Source: an uncultured Actinomycetales bacterium (lineage in GTDB: Bacteria; Actinomycetota; Actinomycetes; S36-B12). Taken from it: DNA of 64,000 nt. Below are positions 19,396 to 29,035 of the stretch, piece after piece. The notes beneath the pieces were generated by a model. That model saw only the letters and a program-made list of their open reading frames with translations, did no database searches and was not told the DNA's origin. Both the position numbers and the translations under genes were made by a program. The stretch is taken from contig CAJXYI010000001.1 in NCBI GenBank assembly GCA_913063435.1, positions 77,246 to 141,245 of the forward strand. Direction: 5' to 3'. Every line of letters starts with the position of its first letter. The stretch's first letter is position 1.

Positions 19396-20960
19396 GACCC
19401 CGCATCCTGCCAGGGCGGTTGGCCGGTCCACTGGCGGGCCCTCGCTCGGGCTGGCGCATCGACGGGCGTCAACCCACCGGCGATGTCCTGGTCGAGGATG
19501 AGGTTCCGCTCTCGGGGGCTGATGAAGAGGATGCCCCCGACGATCACCACCGCGATGACGATGCCGAGACCGTCGCTGAACTCGAAGACCGTGTCCGAAG
19601 TTGCCAGGGACTCCGACATCGCATGGATGCAGAAGCCGGCGGTGGCGACGATGATCACGCGCAGGGATCGTGCGCTCACGCCGGTGACGGCGATCAGGGG
19701 CAGAATCCACAGCAGGTACCACGGCTGGACGACGGGGCCCAAGAGTACGACCGCGACGAATGCCCAGGCAGCGTTGCGCACGGGGCTACGACGCCATGGA
19801 CCGAGAATCAACCACGCCACGATCGTCACGGCTGCGATGGCGCCGAGAAGTCGGGCGACGTTGACGAAGGCATCATTCGTCTCCGCGATCCCGATCGCCT
19901 GCGCCCCGCCTCCGAGGAACATGCCGATGGCCGTGGGCGGTGACAGCCAGGTACGCACCTCACCCGGGGTACCGAGGGCGAGTATCCAGCCCAGACCGAC
20001 TCCCGCGATGATCGCGGTGAAACCGAATGCCACCGCGGCTGTCACGCCGGTCGCGAACCACGCACGGATGCGATCCCACCATCTCGCGTTCCTGCCAGCC
20101 CAGACGAGACCGACGAAGGGGAGGGCGAGGAGCGCGATGGGCTTGACGGAAGCGGCGAGGGCGATGGCGATGGCGCCCACCAGGGGACGTCGTTCGACGG
20201 CCATAGTCAGTCCCATCACGACGAAGCCGACCATGAGGGCGTCGTTGTGGGCACCCGCGACGAAATGCAAGATGACCAGCGGGTTGGCGACGGCGAGCCA
20301 CACTGCGCGGGTGGGATCGATTCCGTGGGCGAAGGCCAGACGCGGAACATAGATCAGCAGAAGGATGACGCCGAGCACCGCGAGCAGTCGAAACACGAGC
20401 GCTGCGAGCGCCGGCTGGTCGAAGGAGAAGTCAGCGACTCCGCGCGAGAGCAGCAGGAAGAGTGGACCGTAGGGGGCTGGGGACTCCGCCCACATGGGAT
20501 CGACGCCGTCTTGGAACCAGCCCGGTAGGACCGATACCCCGGTCGTGTAGGGGTCGTAACCCTCGATCATCAGGCGACCCTGGGTGTAATAGGAATACAC
20601 GTCCCGGCTGAACAACGGCGCCGCGAACAACAGCGGGAACGACCACATCGAGACGATCGCAACGAGATCGCGTGTTGTCACCCGGCGCGATTCGTCGGGT
20701 GCGAGGGCGCGTCCGAGCAGCAGCCAGGTTTGCAGGAGCACGGCGATTCCGGTGAACACCAGGATATGAGAGGTGATCAGGCCGGGTCCGGTTGCCCGCA
20801 GTGACTCCACGACGGGCCATTCGATGACGGTCGTACGTAGCGGAAGCCACCCGACACCCAGCGAACCCAGGCTCATCAACCCCGTCGCGAGGAGACCGGG
20901 CAGGCCGTAGCGCCACCACGCGTCGATATTGCGTGGAGCAGTGATGGCTCCCCGGCTCAT
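19392..20960 (-). CDS. polytopic GT-C glycosyltransferase, MptA/MptB-like (polyprenol-phosphomannose-dependent alpha-1,6-mannosyltransferase family)
   Basis: 522 aa with more than 10 TM helices. The first loop FSRDVYSYYTQGRLMIEGYDPYT is typical of the MptA/MptB family (recalled, not searched). Confidence 0.6.
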   Translation of the reverse strand: MSRGAITAPRNIDAWWRYGLPGLLATGLMSLGSLGVGWLPLRTTVIEWPVVESLRATGPGLITSHILVFTGIAVLLQTWLLLGRALAPDESRRVTTRDLVAIVSMWSFPLLFAAPLFSRDVYSYYTQGRLMIEGYDPYTTGVSVLPGWFQDGVDPMWAESPAPYGPLFLLLSRGVADFSFDQPALAALVFRLLAVLGVILLLIYVPRLAFAHGIDPTRAVWLAVANPLVILHFVAGAHNDALMVGFVVMGLTMAVERRPLVGAIAIALAASVKPIALLALPFVGLVWAGRNARWWDRIRAWFATGVTAAVAFGFTAIIAGVGLGWILALGTPGEVRTWLSPPTAIGMFLGGGAQAIGIAETNDAFVNVARLLGAIAAVTIVAWLILGPWRRSPVRNAAWAFVAVVLLGPVVQPWYLLWILPLIAVTGVSARSLRVIIVATAGFCIHAMSESLATSDTVFEFSDGLGIVIAVVIVGGILFISPRERNLILDQDIAGGLTPVDAPARARARQWTGQPPWQDAGS

Positions 20961-20981
20961 GCAGGCCAGGGTACGCCGGGA

Positions 20982-22526
20982 TCAGCGCAGTGCGCGGGAG
21001 CGATACAGCGGATCTGGGCCGGTGATCCGCTCGGCAGCGAGGCGTCCGGAGACCAGCACCATGGGGACGCCGACCCCGGGCTGGGTGCCCGACCCGGTGA
21101 ACACCACGTTCTCTCCCCACAGGTTTCCCGGACGGAAGGGTCCGGTCTGGGTGAAGGAGTGAGCAGCGGCGAATGGGGCACCGCGTTCCATGCCGCGCTC
21201 CTGCCATTCCAGGGGTGTGGTGATGTTCTCGACCTCGATTGCGTCGCCGAAGCCGACGTAACCCCGTTGCTCGAGGGTCGTGATGACCTCGTCGCGGTAG
21301 CGCGGGGTCTCCGTCCGCCAGTCGATGGGAGCATCCATGTTCGGCGTCGGAAACAGCACGTAGTAGATCTGCTTGCCGTCGGGAGCAAGCGACGGGTCGG
21401 AATGCGTGGGGTTGGTGACCAGCAGGCTGGGGTCGCTCATCAGTCGTTGCTGATCGATGAGTTCATCGAAGACGCCCTTCCATGAGTGACCGAAGTGGAT
21501 GTTGTGGTGGGCGATCTTCGAGTAGTCCGCACTCGATCCGGCGAGCAGGAGGAAGCAGGATGGCGAATAGTCCAACCGTCGCACCGACCACGGACTGCGG
21601 CCGAGCAGATCGCGATAGGCCACGGGAAGATCGGGATTCAACACGACCACGTCAGCGGGGATTCGCTCCCCATCAGCCGTGTGCACGGCGACCGCGCGAT
21701 CACCCAGGGTTTCGACCCGGGTCACCGTTGTGCCGTATCGGATGTCGACCCCATGCTTGGTCGCCGCATCGGCCATCGCCTCGGGGACGGCATGCATGCC
21801 GCCCTTGGGGAAGTACACGCCGGCAATCGAATCCATGTACGCGATGACCGCGTATATCGCGAGCGCGTCATATGGTGAAAGTCCGGCATACATCGCCTGG
21901 AAACTGAACACCCGCTCCGTGCGCGGATCCTTGAGGAACTCTCGGACCTTGGGTGCCAATTTGCGGAAACCACCGATGGCCACGAGTTTCGCGAGGTTCG
22001 GTGTGAGCAGATCCAGGGGGGAATCGATATTGCGGTCGATGAAGTCGGTCATCTCGTAGCGGTACAGCTCGGAGACGAAATCGACGTAGCGCAGGTAGCC
22101 GGCGGCCTCATCGGGGCCGATGACGGTGCGGATCTCCTCGGCCATCTGCTCGACGTTCGCGTGCACATCGAGCACGGAGCCGTCCGGATAAAAGGAGCGG
22201 TAGAGCGGTTCGACCGGGTTGAGGGTGAGCCAGTCGCTCATCTCCTCGCCGAGGCTGTCGAACGCATCCGCGATGAGATCGGGCATCGTGAGCACGGTCG
22301 GGCCGGTGTCGACCCGATAGGTGCCGTCCGAGGTGGTGGCCTCCCATCGTCCCGCGCGCCCGCCGGGACGGTCGTCGCGTTCCAGGATGGTCACCTGTCG
22401 CCCCGCTCCCGCGAGCCGCATCGCCGCAGACAGGCCAGCCAGGCCCGCCCCGACGATGACGACGTGATCGGTCGGCCCGGTCACTGTCCGAGGGGTGCGA
22501 TGGGGCAGCCAACGTCGCAGATTCAC
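20982..22526 (-). CDS. crtI: phytoene desaturase
   Basis: 514 aa. FAD fold VVIVGAGLAGLSAAMRLAGAGRQVTILERDDRPGGRAG and a CrtI-like C-terminus. Confidence 0.9.
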   Translation of the reverse strand: MNLRRWLPHRTPRTVTGPTDHVVIVGAGLAGLSAAMRLAGAGRQVTILERDDRPGGRAGRWEATTSDGTYRVDTGPTVLTMPDLIADAFDSLGEEMSDWLTLNPVEPLYRSFYPDGSVLDVHANVEQMAEEIRTVIGPDEAAGYLRYVDFVSELYRYEMTDFIDRNIDSPLDLLTPNLAKLVAIGGFRKLAPKVREFLKDPRTERVFSFQAMYAGLSPYDALAIYAVIAYMDSIAGVYFPKGGMHAVPEAMADAATKHGVDIRYGTTVTRVETLGDRAVAVHTADGERIPADVVVLNPDLPVAYRDLLGRSPWSVRRLDYSPSCFLLLAGSSADYSKIAHHNIHFGHSWKGVFDELIDQQRLMSDPSLLVTNPTHSDPSLAPDGKQIYYVLFPTPNMDAPIDWRTETPRYRDEVITTLEQRGYVGFGDAIEVENITTPLEWQERGMERGAPFAAAHSFTQTGPFRPGNLWGENVVFTGSGTQPGVGVPMVLVSGRLAAERITGPDPLYRSRALR

Positions 22527-22556
22527 ACCGATCTCCTGTTCACAGAGGTTCCCCGC

Positions 22557-23636
22557 TCACACCGTCCGCCGAGTGGCGGCGTAGGCGAGACCGGAGAGGA
22601 CCTCCGGTGCTGGGGAATGGAGCACAACCGTGTCCAGGCTGGCTACCGCCTGGTGGGTGAGGGTGTCGATGAGTTCCTCGACATGACGCAGTGCCCCCGT
22701 GTCGGTGATGATCTCGCGCAGCACCGATACGCCTTCGGTATCGAGCCCGGGGTCTCCGAGGTGGCGGCGCAGTTGCGATGCCTGACTCGGGTTGGCACGG
22801 TTCATCGCAGCGGCTACCAATACCGTCTGCTTGCCTTCGCGCAGGTCGTCCCCGGCAGGCTTTCCTGTTTCGGTCGGATCGCCGAAAACCCCGAGCACAT
22901 CGTCGCGGAGTTGGAATGCTTCGCCGAGGGGTAGCCCATAACCGGTGTATGCGGCCAGGATCTGCGGATCCGCTCCGGCGAGTGCCCCGCCTAGGTGGAG
23001 TGGGCGTTCGATGGTGTACTTCGCCGACTTGTAGCGCACGACGAGCATGGCCCGCTCCATATCGCCCCCACCGCGAGCCTGTTCGAGCAGATCGAGGTAC
23101 TGCCCGGCCATCAACTCGGTGCGCATCTCGTCGTATACGGCCTTGGCTCGTGCGAGGTCGCCAGAGTCGAGTCCGCTGGTCATCAGCATCTCGTCAGCCC
23201 ATGACAGGCATAGGTCGCCGAGGAGGATGGCGGCTCCGGTGCCGAAGATCTCCGGGGAGCCCAGCCACGACGCTTGACGGTGCACGGATGCGAAACGGCG
23301 ATGGGCGGCAGGCAGACCGCGCCGGGTGTCCGATCCATCCATCACGTCGTCATGGATGAGAGCGCACGCTTGAAGGAACTCGAGAGAGGCGACCGCGTGG
23401 AGTGCTTTCTCGCTATCGCCACCCCCGGCACCGCGCCAGCCCCACCACGCGAACGCAGGACGCAGTCTCTTGCCTCCGGCGCACAGGTCCGTCACCGCTT
23501 CCACGAGCGGATCGAGGTCGTCGCTGATGGCGTCCAGGATGGCCCGTTGACGACTGATGAAATCCCCGACCGCCTTGTGTACCCGCGAACGCAACTCCTC
23601 CGCGTCCAAGGGTGCGGAATGGGGAACAGCGGTCAC
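22557..23636 (-). CDS. crtE: polyprenyl (geranylgeranyl) diphosphate synthase
   Basis: 359 aa. First DDxxD (LIHDDVMDGSDTRRG) and second (FQLRDDVLG) aspartate-rich motifs. Confidence 0.85.
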   Translation of the reverse strand: MTAVPHSAPLDAEELRSRVHKAVGDFISRQRAILDAISDDLDPLVEAVTDLCAGGKRLRPAFAWWGWRGAGGGDSEKALHAVASLEFLQACALIHDDVMDGSDTRRGLPAAHRRFASVHRQASWLGSPEIFGTGAAILLGDLCLSWADEMLMTSGLDSGDLARAKAVYDEMRTELMAGQYLDLLEQARGGGDMERAMLVVRYKSAKYTIERPLHLGGALAGADPQILAAYTGYGLPLGEAFQLRDDVLGVFGDPTETGKPAGDDLREGKQTVLVAAAMNRANPSQASQLRRHLGDPGLDTEGVSVLREIITDTGALRHVEELIDTLTHQAVASLDTVVLHSPAPEVLSGLAYAATRRTV

Positions 23637-23713
23637 ACCGGAAGCCTAGGGCCACCTGCGGGCCTGCGCAGCCGGTACCCGATCGAGTCGTGGAGGTCGC
23701 GTACTCTCCGGTC

Positions 23714-24631
23714 ATGGGCGCTCACAGGGATACGCGTGATATCGGCGCGGTCCTGGCTGCAGGGCATCGGTCCTTCTCCTTCGAGTTCTTTCCGCCCAAG
23801 TCCGACGAGGGTGAGCGGAAGCTGTGGCAGACCCTGAGGGAATTGGAGTCGCTGCATCCGACCTTCGCCTCGGTCACCTACGGGGCGGGTGGCTCGACCC
23901 GGGATCGAACGGTCCGGCTCACCGAGCGCCTGGCCATGGAGACGACGCTGACGCCATTGGCGCATCTGACCTGCGTGGGTGCGGATACCGAGCAACTCAC
24001 CGGGGTTATCGCGGCCTATGCCGCGGCGGGTGTGACGAACGTGCTGGCGCTGAGGGGTGACCCGCCTGCAGGTCCTGGGTCGCCCTGGGAGCGAACCGCG
24101 GGAGGCTTGGATCACGCCGATGAACTCGTGGGTTTGGTGCGCAGCCTCGGTGCCTTCAGCGTCGGGGTTGCGGCTTTTCCCGAGGGTCACCCGGAGTCAC
24201 CGTCGAAGGACGCCGATGCGCTCACCCTCGCTCGCAAGGCTGAAGCCGGCGCGTCCTTCGCGATCACGCAGTTCTTCTTCGAGGTGACCGATTACCTCGA
24301 TCTGGTGGAGCGCGCGCGATCGATCGGATGCGATATCCCGATTCTGCCCGGGATCATGCCGGTGACGAATCTGAGTCAGATCCAACGCTTCGCGCAGTTG
24401 TCCGGCACCGCGGTCCCCGATGCCGTCGTCGAGCGGTTTTCCGGACTCGAAGGTGACCCCGATGCCGTCCGAGCCCTGGGTATCGAACTCGCCAGTGAAT
24501 TGTGTGCCCGGTTGCTCGAGGAGGGCGCACCCGGTTTGCATTTCTATACTCTGAACTCCTCCACCGCGACGCGGGAGATCTATACCAACCTGGGTGTGAA
24601 CGCGGTGGACTCCATCTCAGCAAGTCCCTAG
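23714..24631 (+). CDS. metF: methylenetetrahydrofolate reductase
   Basis: ORF-track start 23612 overlaps crtE, so it was trimmed to ATG 23714. FSFEFFPPKS..., SVTYGAGGSTR. Confidence 0.85.
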   Translation: MGAHRDTRDIGAVLAAGHRSFSFEFFPPKSDEGERKLWQTLRELESLHPTFASVTYGAGGSTRDRTVRLTERLAMETTLTPLAHLTCVGADTEQLTGVIAAYAAAGVTNVLALRGDPPAGPGSPWERTAGGLDHADELVGLVRSLGAFSVGVAAFPEGHPESPSKDADALTLARKAEAGASFAITQFFFEVTDYLDLVERARSIGCDIPILPGIMPVTNLSQIQRFAQLSGTAVPDAVVERFSGLEGDPDAVRALGIELASELCARLLEEGAPGLHFYTLNSSTATREIYTNLGVNAVDSISASP

Positions 24632-24640
24632 GGCGTATTA

Positions 24641-26131
24641 GTGACCCCCGATCAGTTCGGCCTCGTTGCCCTTCTTGGTGCAGCCGTGTTGATCGTGGCC
24701 GTGACCGGGGTCCGCCTCACCGGTCGGCTGGGCGTTCCCGGTCTGCTGCTGTATCTGGGAATCGGCCTACTACTCGGTGCGGTCCTTCCCGGGGACGTCA
24801 TCGTCGAGCCGAACATCGCCATCGTCGTGGGTTTCGGCGCGCTGGTGTTGATTCTCGCGCATGGTGGACTCACGACAAGTCTGGATGACTTCCGCCCGGT
24901 GATCATGCCGAGCCTGGTGCTGGCAACAGTCGGCGTTGCGGTGAGTTTGGCTATCGTCGCGTTGCCGCTCATTCTCCTGTTGGATGTGGATCCGCAGGTC
25001 GCGATCCTTCTCGCGGCTGCACTATCGGCCACCGACGCCGCCGCTGTCTTCGCTGTTCTTCGTCGCATCAACGTCTCGACTCGTCTGCGAACGCTGCTGG
25101 AGGGTGAGTCGGGTTTGAACGATGCGCCCGTCGTCGTCCTGGTGACCGTGGTGGCGAGCGGATCCTTGCAGGGCGCGCCCTGGTTGGTTCCGATCGTGGT
25201 CGTCGTGCAGTTGCTGATCGGCGGAGTCGTAGGCGTCGGAGTCGGTTTCGCGACGCGGTGGACACTCCAACGACTCGCCCTACCCGCCATCGGCCTGTAT
25301 CCGATCGCGGCCATAGCCATGCTGGTACTGGCCTTCGGGCTGGCGGACTTCGCACAATCCTCGGGGTTCATGGCCGTCTATGTGGCTGCGGTGATCCTAG
25401 GATCGGCGCAGGACCTCCCGCATCGACGTGCTGTCATCGGCTTCTCCGATGGATTGTCCTGGTTGGCCGAGATCGGTCTCTTCGTGATGCTGGGGCTTCT
25501 CGCACAGCCTGAGAGACTGCCCGCCTCCATCGGCATCGCCCTGGTCGCGACCGTTGTTCTCGTCGCAGTGGCACGGCCTGTGAGTGCACTCATCTCACTC
25601 GCGCCCTTCCGGTGGCCGATCCGCGAGGTCGGCTTCGTGTCATTCGCTGGCCTGCGTGGCGCTGTGCCCATCATCTTCGCGGCCATCCCACTGGGACTGG
25701 GAATGCCCGGAGCGGAAGTGATCTTCGATGCGACACTCATCGTCGTCCTGATCCTGACGCTGCTGCAATCGCCCGCACTGCCCTGGATTGCGCGAATCCT
25801 GCGCATCACCGTCCCGGCCGAACCTGCGGCGTTGTCGGTCGATGTCGCTCCTCTGGATGACCTGGATGCTGCGGTTCTCGGCATCGACATCGACGCCGAG
25901 TGTCGATTGATCGGTGTGTACGTGGGCGAGCTGCCGCTGCCTGAGGGAGCCGTCGCTTCGCTACTCATCCGAGGTGATCGGGCATTGCCTGTTGATTCCG
26001 AAACGCGGCTGAGGTCGGGGGACCGGCTGATCGTCGTGGCATCCGCCGGGGTGCGCTCGGTGACCGAGCGTCGGATGCGAGAACTCAGCCGCGGTGGCCG
26101 CCTCGGCGGCTGGAGGGAATCATCCGGCTAA
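24641..26131 (+). CDS. CPA1-family K+(Na+)/H+ antiporter with C-terminal RCK_C/TrkA-C domain (NhaP2-like)
   Basis: 496 aa. About 12 TM helices, then a soluble tail (LIRGDRALPVDSETRLRSGDRLIVVA). Confidence 0.75.
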   Translation: MTPDQFGLVALLGAAVLIVAVTGVRLTGRLGVPGLLLYLGIGLLLGAVLPGDVIVEPNIAIVVGFGALVLILAHGGLTTSLDDFRPVIMPSLVLATVGVAVSLAIVALPLILLLDVDPQVAILLAAALSATDAAAVFAVLRRINVSTRLRTLLEGESGLNDAPVVVLVTVVASGSLQGAPWLVPIVVVVQLLIGGVVGVGVGFATRWTLQRLALPAIGLYPIAAIAMLVLAFGLADFAQSSGFMAVYVAAVILGSAQDLPHRRAVIGFSDGLSWLAEIGLFVMLGLLAQPERLPASIGIALVATVVLVAVARPVSALISLAPFRWPIREVGFVSFAGLRGAVPIIFAAIPLGLGMPGAEVIFDATLIVVLILTLLQSPALPWIARILRITVPAEPAALSVDVAPLDDLDAAVLGIDIDAECRLIGVYVGELPLPEGAVASLLIRGDRALPVDSETRLRSGDRLIVVASAGVRSVTERRMRELSRGGRLGGWRESSG

Positions 26132-26151
26132 CCCGGATAGCCCGACTAGCT

Positions 26152-26236
26152 CGGCTAACTCGGGAACTCGGCCAACTCGGGAACCCGGCCAACTCGGGAA
26201 CCCGGCCAACTTGGGAACCCGGCCAACTTGGGAACC
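26152..26236. repeat. tandem repeat, 17-bp unit CGGCCAACTCGGGAACC x5 (4 near-perfect copies + 1 degenerate)
   Basis: Copies at 26152-68 (2 mismatches), 26169-85, 26186-202, 26203-19 and 26220-36. The last two carry C->T at unit position 10. The period is not a multiple of 3. It lies in the convergent intergenic spacer. Confidence 0.9.
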
Positions 26237-26310
26237 CCACCGCTAAGACGACCCTAACTTGCGCCTCACCCGTCCGGGTGGCGCAAGTTAGGGTCGTCTT
26301 AGCGGTGGGG
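26235..26310. repeat. 31-bp perfect inverted repeat (long hairpin; candidate bidirectional terminator or element end)
   Basis: Left arm 26235-26265 CCCCACCGCTAAGACGACCCTAACTTGCGCC equals the reverse complement of right arm 26280-26310. The 14-nt spacer itself contains ACCCG/CGGGT pairing. Confidence 0.85.
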
Positions 26311-26356
26311 TGCTGGGCAGTGGAATTGGGGGCGGTGGTGCCTCAGGTCGGGTATC

Positions 26357-27847
26357 TCAGGGTGCACCGATGGCCTCGGTGACGATCTGGGCGGACAGTC
26401 CCACGAGAGGTAATCCACCACCGGGATGGGATGAGCCGCCAACAAGGAACAACCCGGGAATCGGCGAGATATTCCCCGGGCGTAGGAACGCCGCCCGGGG
26501 ACCGTTGCTGCTCGATCCGTAGATCGAACCTCCCGGTGCCCGCGTGGCTCGTTGCAGATCGGCGGGAGTGCGGATTTCGCGCCAGATCATCCGCGGCCGA
26601 AGGTCGACCCCACGGCGGGCAAGCAGTTCGAGGATGTGATCGGCATACTGCTCGGCTCGGTCGGGACGAGTCCAGTCCACACAGCCGCGACCTGTGCCGT
26701 TGCGCGGGGCGTTGATCAAGATGAACCAGGACTCATGATCGGCATCGGGTCGCATGAGCGGGTCGTCGGGTACACAGGCGTAGATGGTGGGATCGGCAAC
26801 CGGCCGCGGGTTTCGGCCGAAGATGTCGTCGAATTCGCCGTCGTAGTTCCTGGGGAACCAGACATTGTGGTGTTGGACACCTTCCGTGCGTCCGCGGGCG
26901 GCGACCAGGATGACGAATCCTGACAGGGATGGAGTGGCACGCTGCAAACGATGACGTGGCGATCGAGCGCGTCGATCGGATACGAGATCGTCGTAGAGGT
27001 GCGAGGCGTCGGCATTGGCCACCACGATGTCCGCGGGGATCGTCTCGCCGTCAGCGGTGTGGACCCCTGTGACCCCGTGTTGCTCCGTCGTGATTCGCGT
27101 GACGTCGACCCCGGTGCGGATATCGACGTCGAGTTCTCGACACCGGCGTGCCAGTGCATCGGCGAGCGTGGTGACGCCACCGCCCAGATGCCAGGCCCCG
27201 AAGGCCTGCTCGACATAGGGAACGGTCGCGAGTGCGGCAGGAGCGCGGCGCGGATCGGATCCGGTATAGGTCGCATATCGGTCCAGCAGTGTGACGAGGC
27301 GTGGATCACGCAGATAGTCGCGTCCAAGTCGGCGCAGTGATTTCCAGGGCGCGACGGTGCGGATGTCCCGAGGATCGCGGGCGAGACCCAGCAAGGTCGT
27401 GGCGCCATCGAGCGGGGATTCGAGGAAGGGTCGTCGAGTGATCTGCCAGATCTTCCCAGCGCGCTCGATGAGGTTTCGCCAATCCGACTCCGCGCTTCCC
27501 CCCAGGGACGCTCCCAGGGCTGCTGCGATGCGTCCGGGATCGACCCCTGGCAGATCCGCCCGCGAACCATCGGCCCAGTGATAGGCGAACGCGATTTCCA
27601 GGGCGTGCAGGTCGACGGAGTCTTCGAGCGGCGATCCGGTCTGGTTGAACGCTTCGCGGTACACCGCAGGCAGGGTGAACAGGCTCGGGCCGGTGTCGAA
27701 GACGAAACCATCACGTTCGAACCGAGACAGTTTGCCCCCGAGGTGGTCCGCGGCCTCCAGAAGCGTCACCCGATGGCCGAGCGCGGCCAGTCGCATGGCC
27801 GCCGTCATGCCACCGGCGCCACCTCCGGCCACCACGATCGCCGCCAT
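26357..27847 (-). CDS. phytoene-desaturase-family FAD oxidoreductase (CrtD-like carotenoid desaturase candidate)
   Basis: 496 aa. IVVAGGGAGGMTAAMRLAALGHRVTLLEAADHLGGK FAD fold, FDTGPSLFTLP, C-terminal GGSSHPGGGLP. Confidence 0.65.
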   Translation of the reverse strand: MAAIVVAGGGAGGMTAAMRLAALGHRVTLLEAADHLGGKLSRFERDGFVFDTGPSLFTLPAVYREAFNQTGSPLEDSVDLHALEIAFAYHWADGSRADLPGVDPGRIAAALGASLGGSAESDWRNLIERAGKIWQITRRPFLESPLDGATTLLGLARDPRDIRTVAPWKSLRRLGRDYLRDPRLVTLLDRYATYTGSDPRRAPAALATVPYVEQAFGAWHLGGGVTTLADALARRCRELDVDIRTGVDVTRITTEQHGVTGVHTADGETIPADIVVANADASHLYDDLVSDRRARSPRHRLQRATPSLSGFVILVAARGRTEGVQHHNVWFPRNYDGEFDDIFGRNPRPVADPTIYACVPDDPLMRPDADHESWFILINAPRNGTGRGCVDWTRPDRAEQYADHILELLARRGVDLRPRMIWREIRTPADLQRATRAPGGSIYGSSSNGPRAAFLRPGNISPIPGLFLVGGSSHPGGGLPLVGLSAQIVTEAIGAP

Positions 27848-27874
27848 GGGCGACAGCCTAGGAGAGTGGGCGGT

Positions 27875-29035
27875 TCAGGAGATCGTGCGTCCGCGCCAGC
27901 GCAAAGCCCCTGCGCGTCGGCGCCGGAAGGATTCGATCGTCAAAGCAGCGAACGCTGCAACGGATAGCGGCTGAAGGGCGACATCGGGCCAGCGACGCTC
28001 AGCCGTTCTCGTTGCGACAGTCAAGCGCCCGGTGATTCCGGCGACATAGCCGATCGCACCCCAGAGGCGTTGGGTCCGATCACGTCCGATCAGGGCGAAG
28101 ATCGGCGGTGCAACGTAGCCCACGACCATCACCCCGACGACTGTTGCTGCACCGGTTGCCGATCCGAAGGCCGACCACAGGGATTTCGTGTATCCCTCGA
28201 TGATCTCTTCAGTGCCGTCGTACATCCGGCAATCGGCGATCGCCGCCCCATTCGCGGGTGCCCCGGCGAACCCATGGCGCTTCAGAGCGCGCAAAACCTC
28301 GACGTCCTCGACGACCTGACCTGCAACAGCGGTGTGTCCTCCGCTGATCCGATACGCCCTCGCGTCGACGCAGAGGAACTGGCCGTTGGCCGCAGCAAGG
28401 GAGGGGTAGTGGGTCGTTTCGGTCAGGCGCAGGGGCAGAGTCGCCATCCAGGACCACACGAGCAGGGGTTGGATGATCCGCTCGGCCCATGTGATGGCGA
28501 TCTGGCGGGGATAGGGGGAGATCAGGTCCAGGTCTGCGGTTCGCATGTGGTGAACGGTCGCTGCAAGGGCTATCGGGTGGGCGACGACGTCGGCATCGAT
28601 GAACACCAGGACGCTCCCGGTGGCGTGTTCGGAAAGTCGGTGGCACGCCCAGGGTTTGCCCAGCCAACCGTCGGGCAGCGGGGCGCTTCCGCCATCGATC
28701 AAGCGGACTCGCGAATCGTCACCGACCACGGCTTCCACGACAGTGCCGGTGTCGTCGGTCGACCCGTCGTCGAGGATGAGGATCTCGAGATCGTCGATTC
28801 CTTCCTGGGCGAGCAGCGCCTGCAGGGTCGGGGTCACGCGCCCGGCTTCGTTGCGCAGCGGCAGGAGGACGGACACGCGTTCTGCGACGCTGACGGCCCT
28901 CGGTTCGATAGTTCGCAGATGTCGCACATTGGCGATGGTGTGTGCCGTCACCGCAGAGCTGATGAGCGCACCGGCGCATGCGATAGCGCGCAGCATGGCA
29001 TTGCGTCGGTTGGTTCGTGCCGTGAGTCGTCTCAC
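27875..29035 (-). CDS. family 2 glycosyltransferase with C-terminal TM helices (carotenoid glycosyltransferase candidate)
   Basis: ORF-track 440 aa trimmed to GTG 29035 (GTGA overlap with the upstream stop); alternative ATG 28996. VSVLLPLRNEA ... ILILDDGSTDDT ... FIDADV motifs of GT-A/GT2. Confidence 0.75.
   Translation of the reverse strand: MRRLTARTNRRNAMLRAIACAGALISSAVTAHTIANVRHLRTIEPRAVSVAERVSVLLPLRNEAGRVTPTLQALLAQEGIDDLEILILDDGSTDDTGTVVEAVVGDDSRVRLIDGGSAPLPDGWLGKPWACHRLSEHATGSVLVFIDADVVAHPIALAATVHHMRTADLDLISPYPRQIAITWAERIIQPLLVWSWMATLPLRLTETTHYPSLAAANGQFLCVDARAYRISGGHTAVAGQVVEDVEVLRALKRHGFAGAPANGAAIADCRMYDGTEEIIEGYTKSLWSAFGSATGAATVVGVMVVGYVAPPIFALIGRDRTQRLWGAIGYVAGITGRLTVATRTAERRWPDVALQPLSVAAFAALTIESFRRRRAGALRWRGRTIS

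Noticed and set aside
18478-19722. Long N-terminal extensions in ORF-track calls: crtB 414 aa, cyt-b5 protein 347 aa, GT2 440 aa, dxr 605 aa, wecB 525 aa, hydrolase 330 aa and metF 339 aa.
   Set aside because: The extensions overlap neighbouring genes and are Arg/Pro-rich. The conserved protein N-termini begin at internal ATG/GTG codons, several of which form ATGA/GTGA overlaps with the upstream stop.
26152-26236. The 17-bp repeat array considered as a possible CRISPR array.
   Set aside because: The units are contiguous with no spacers, there are only 5 copies, the unit is too short, and no cas genes are in the window.
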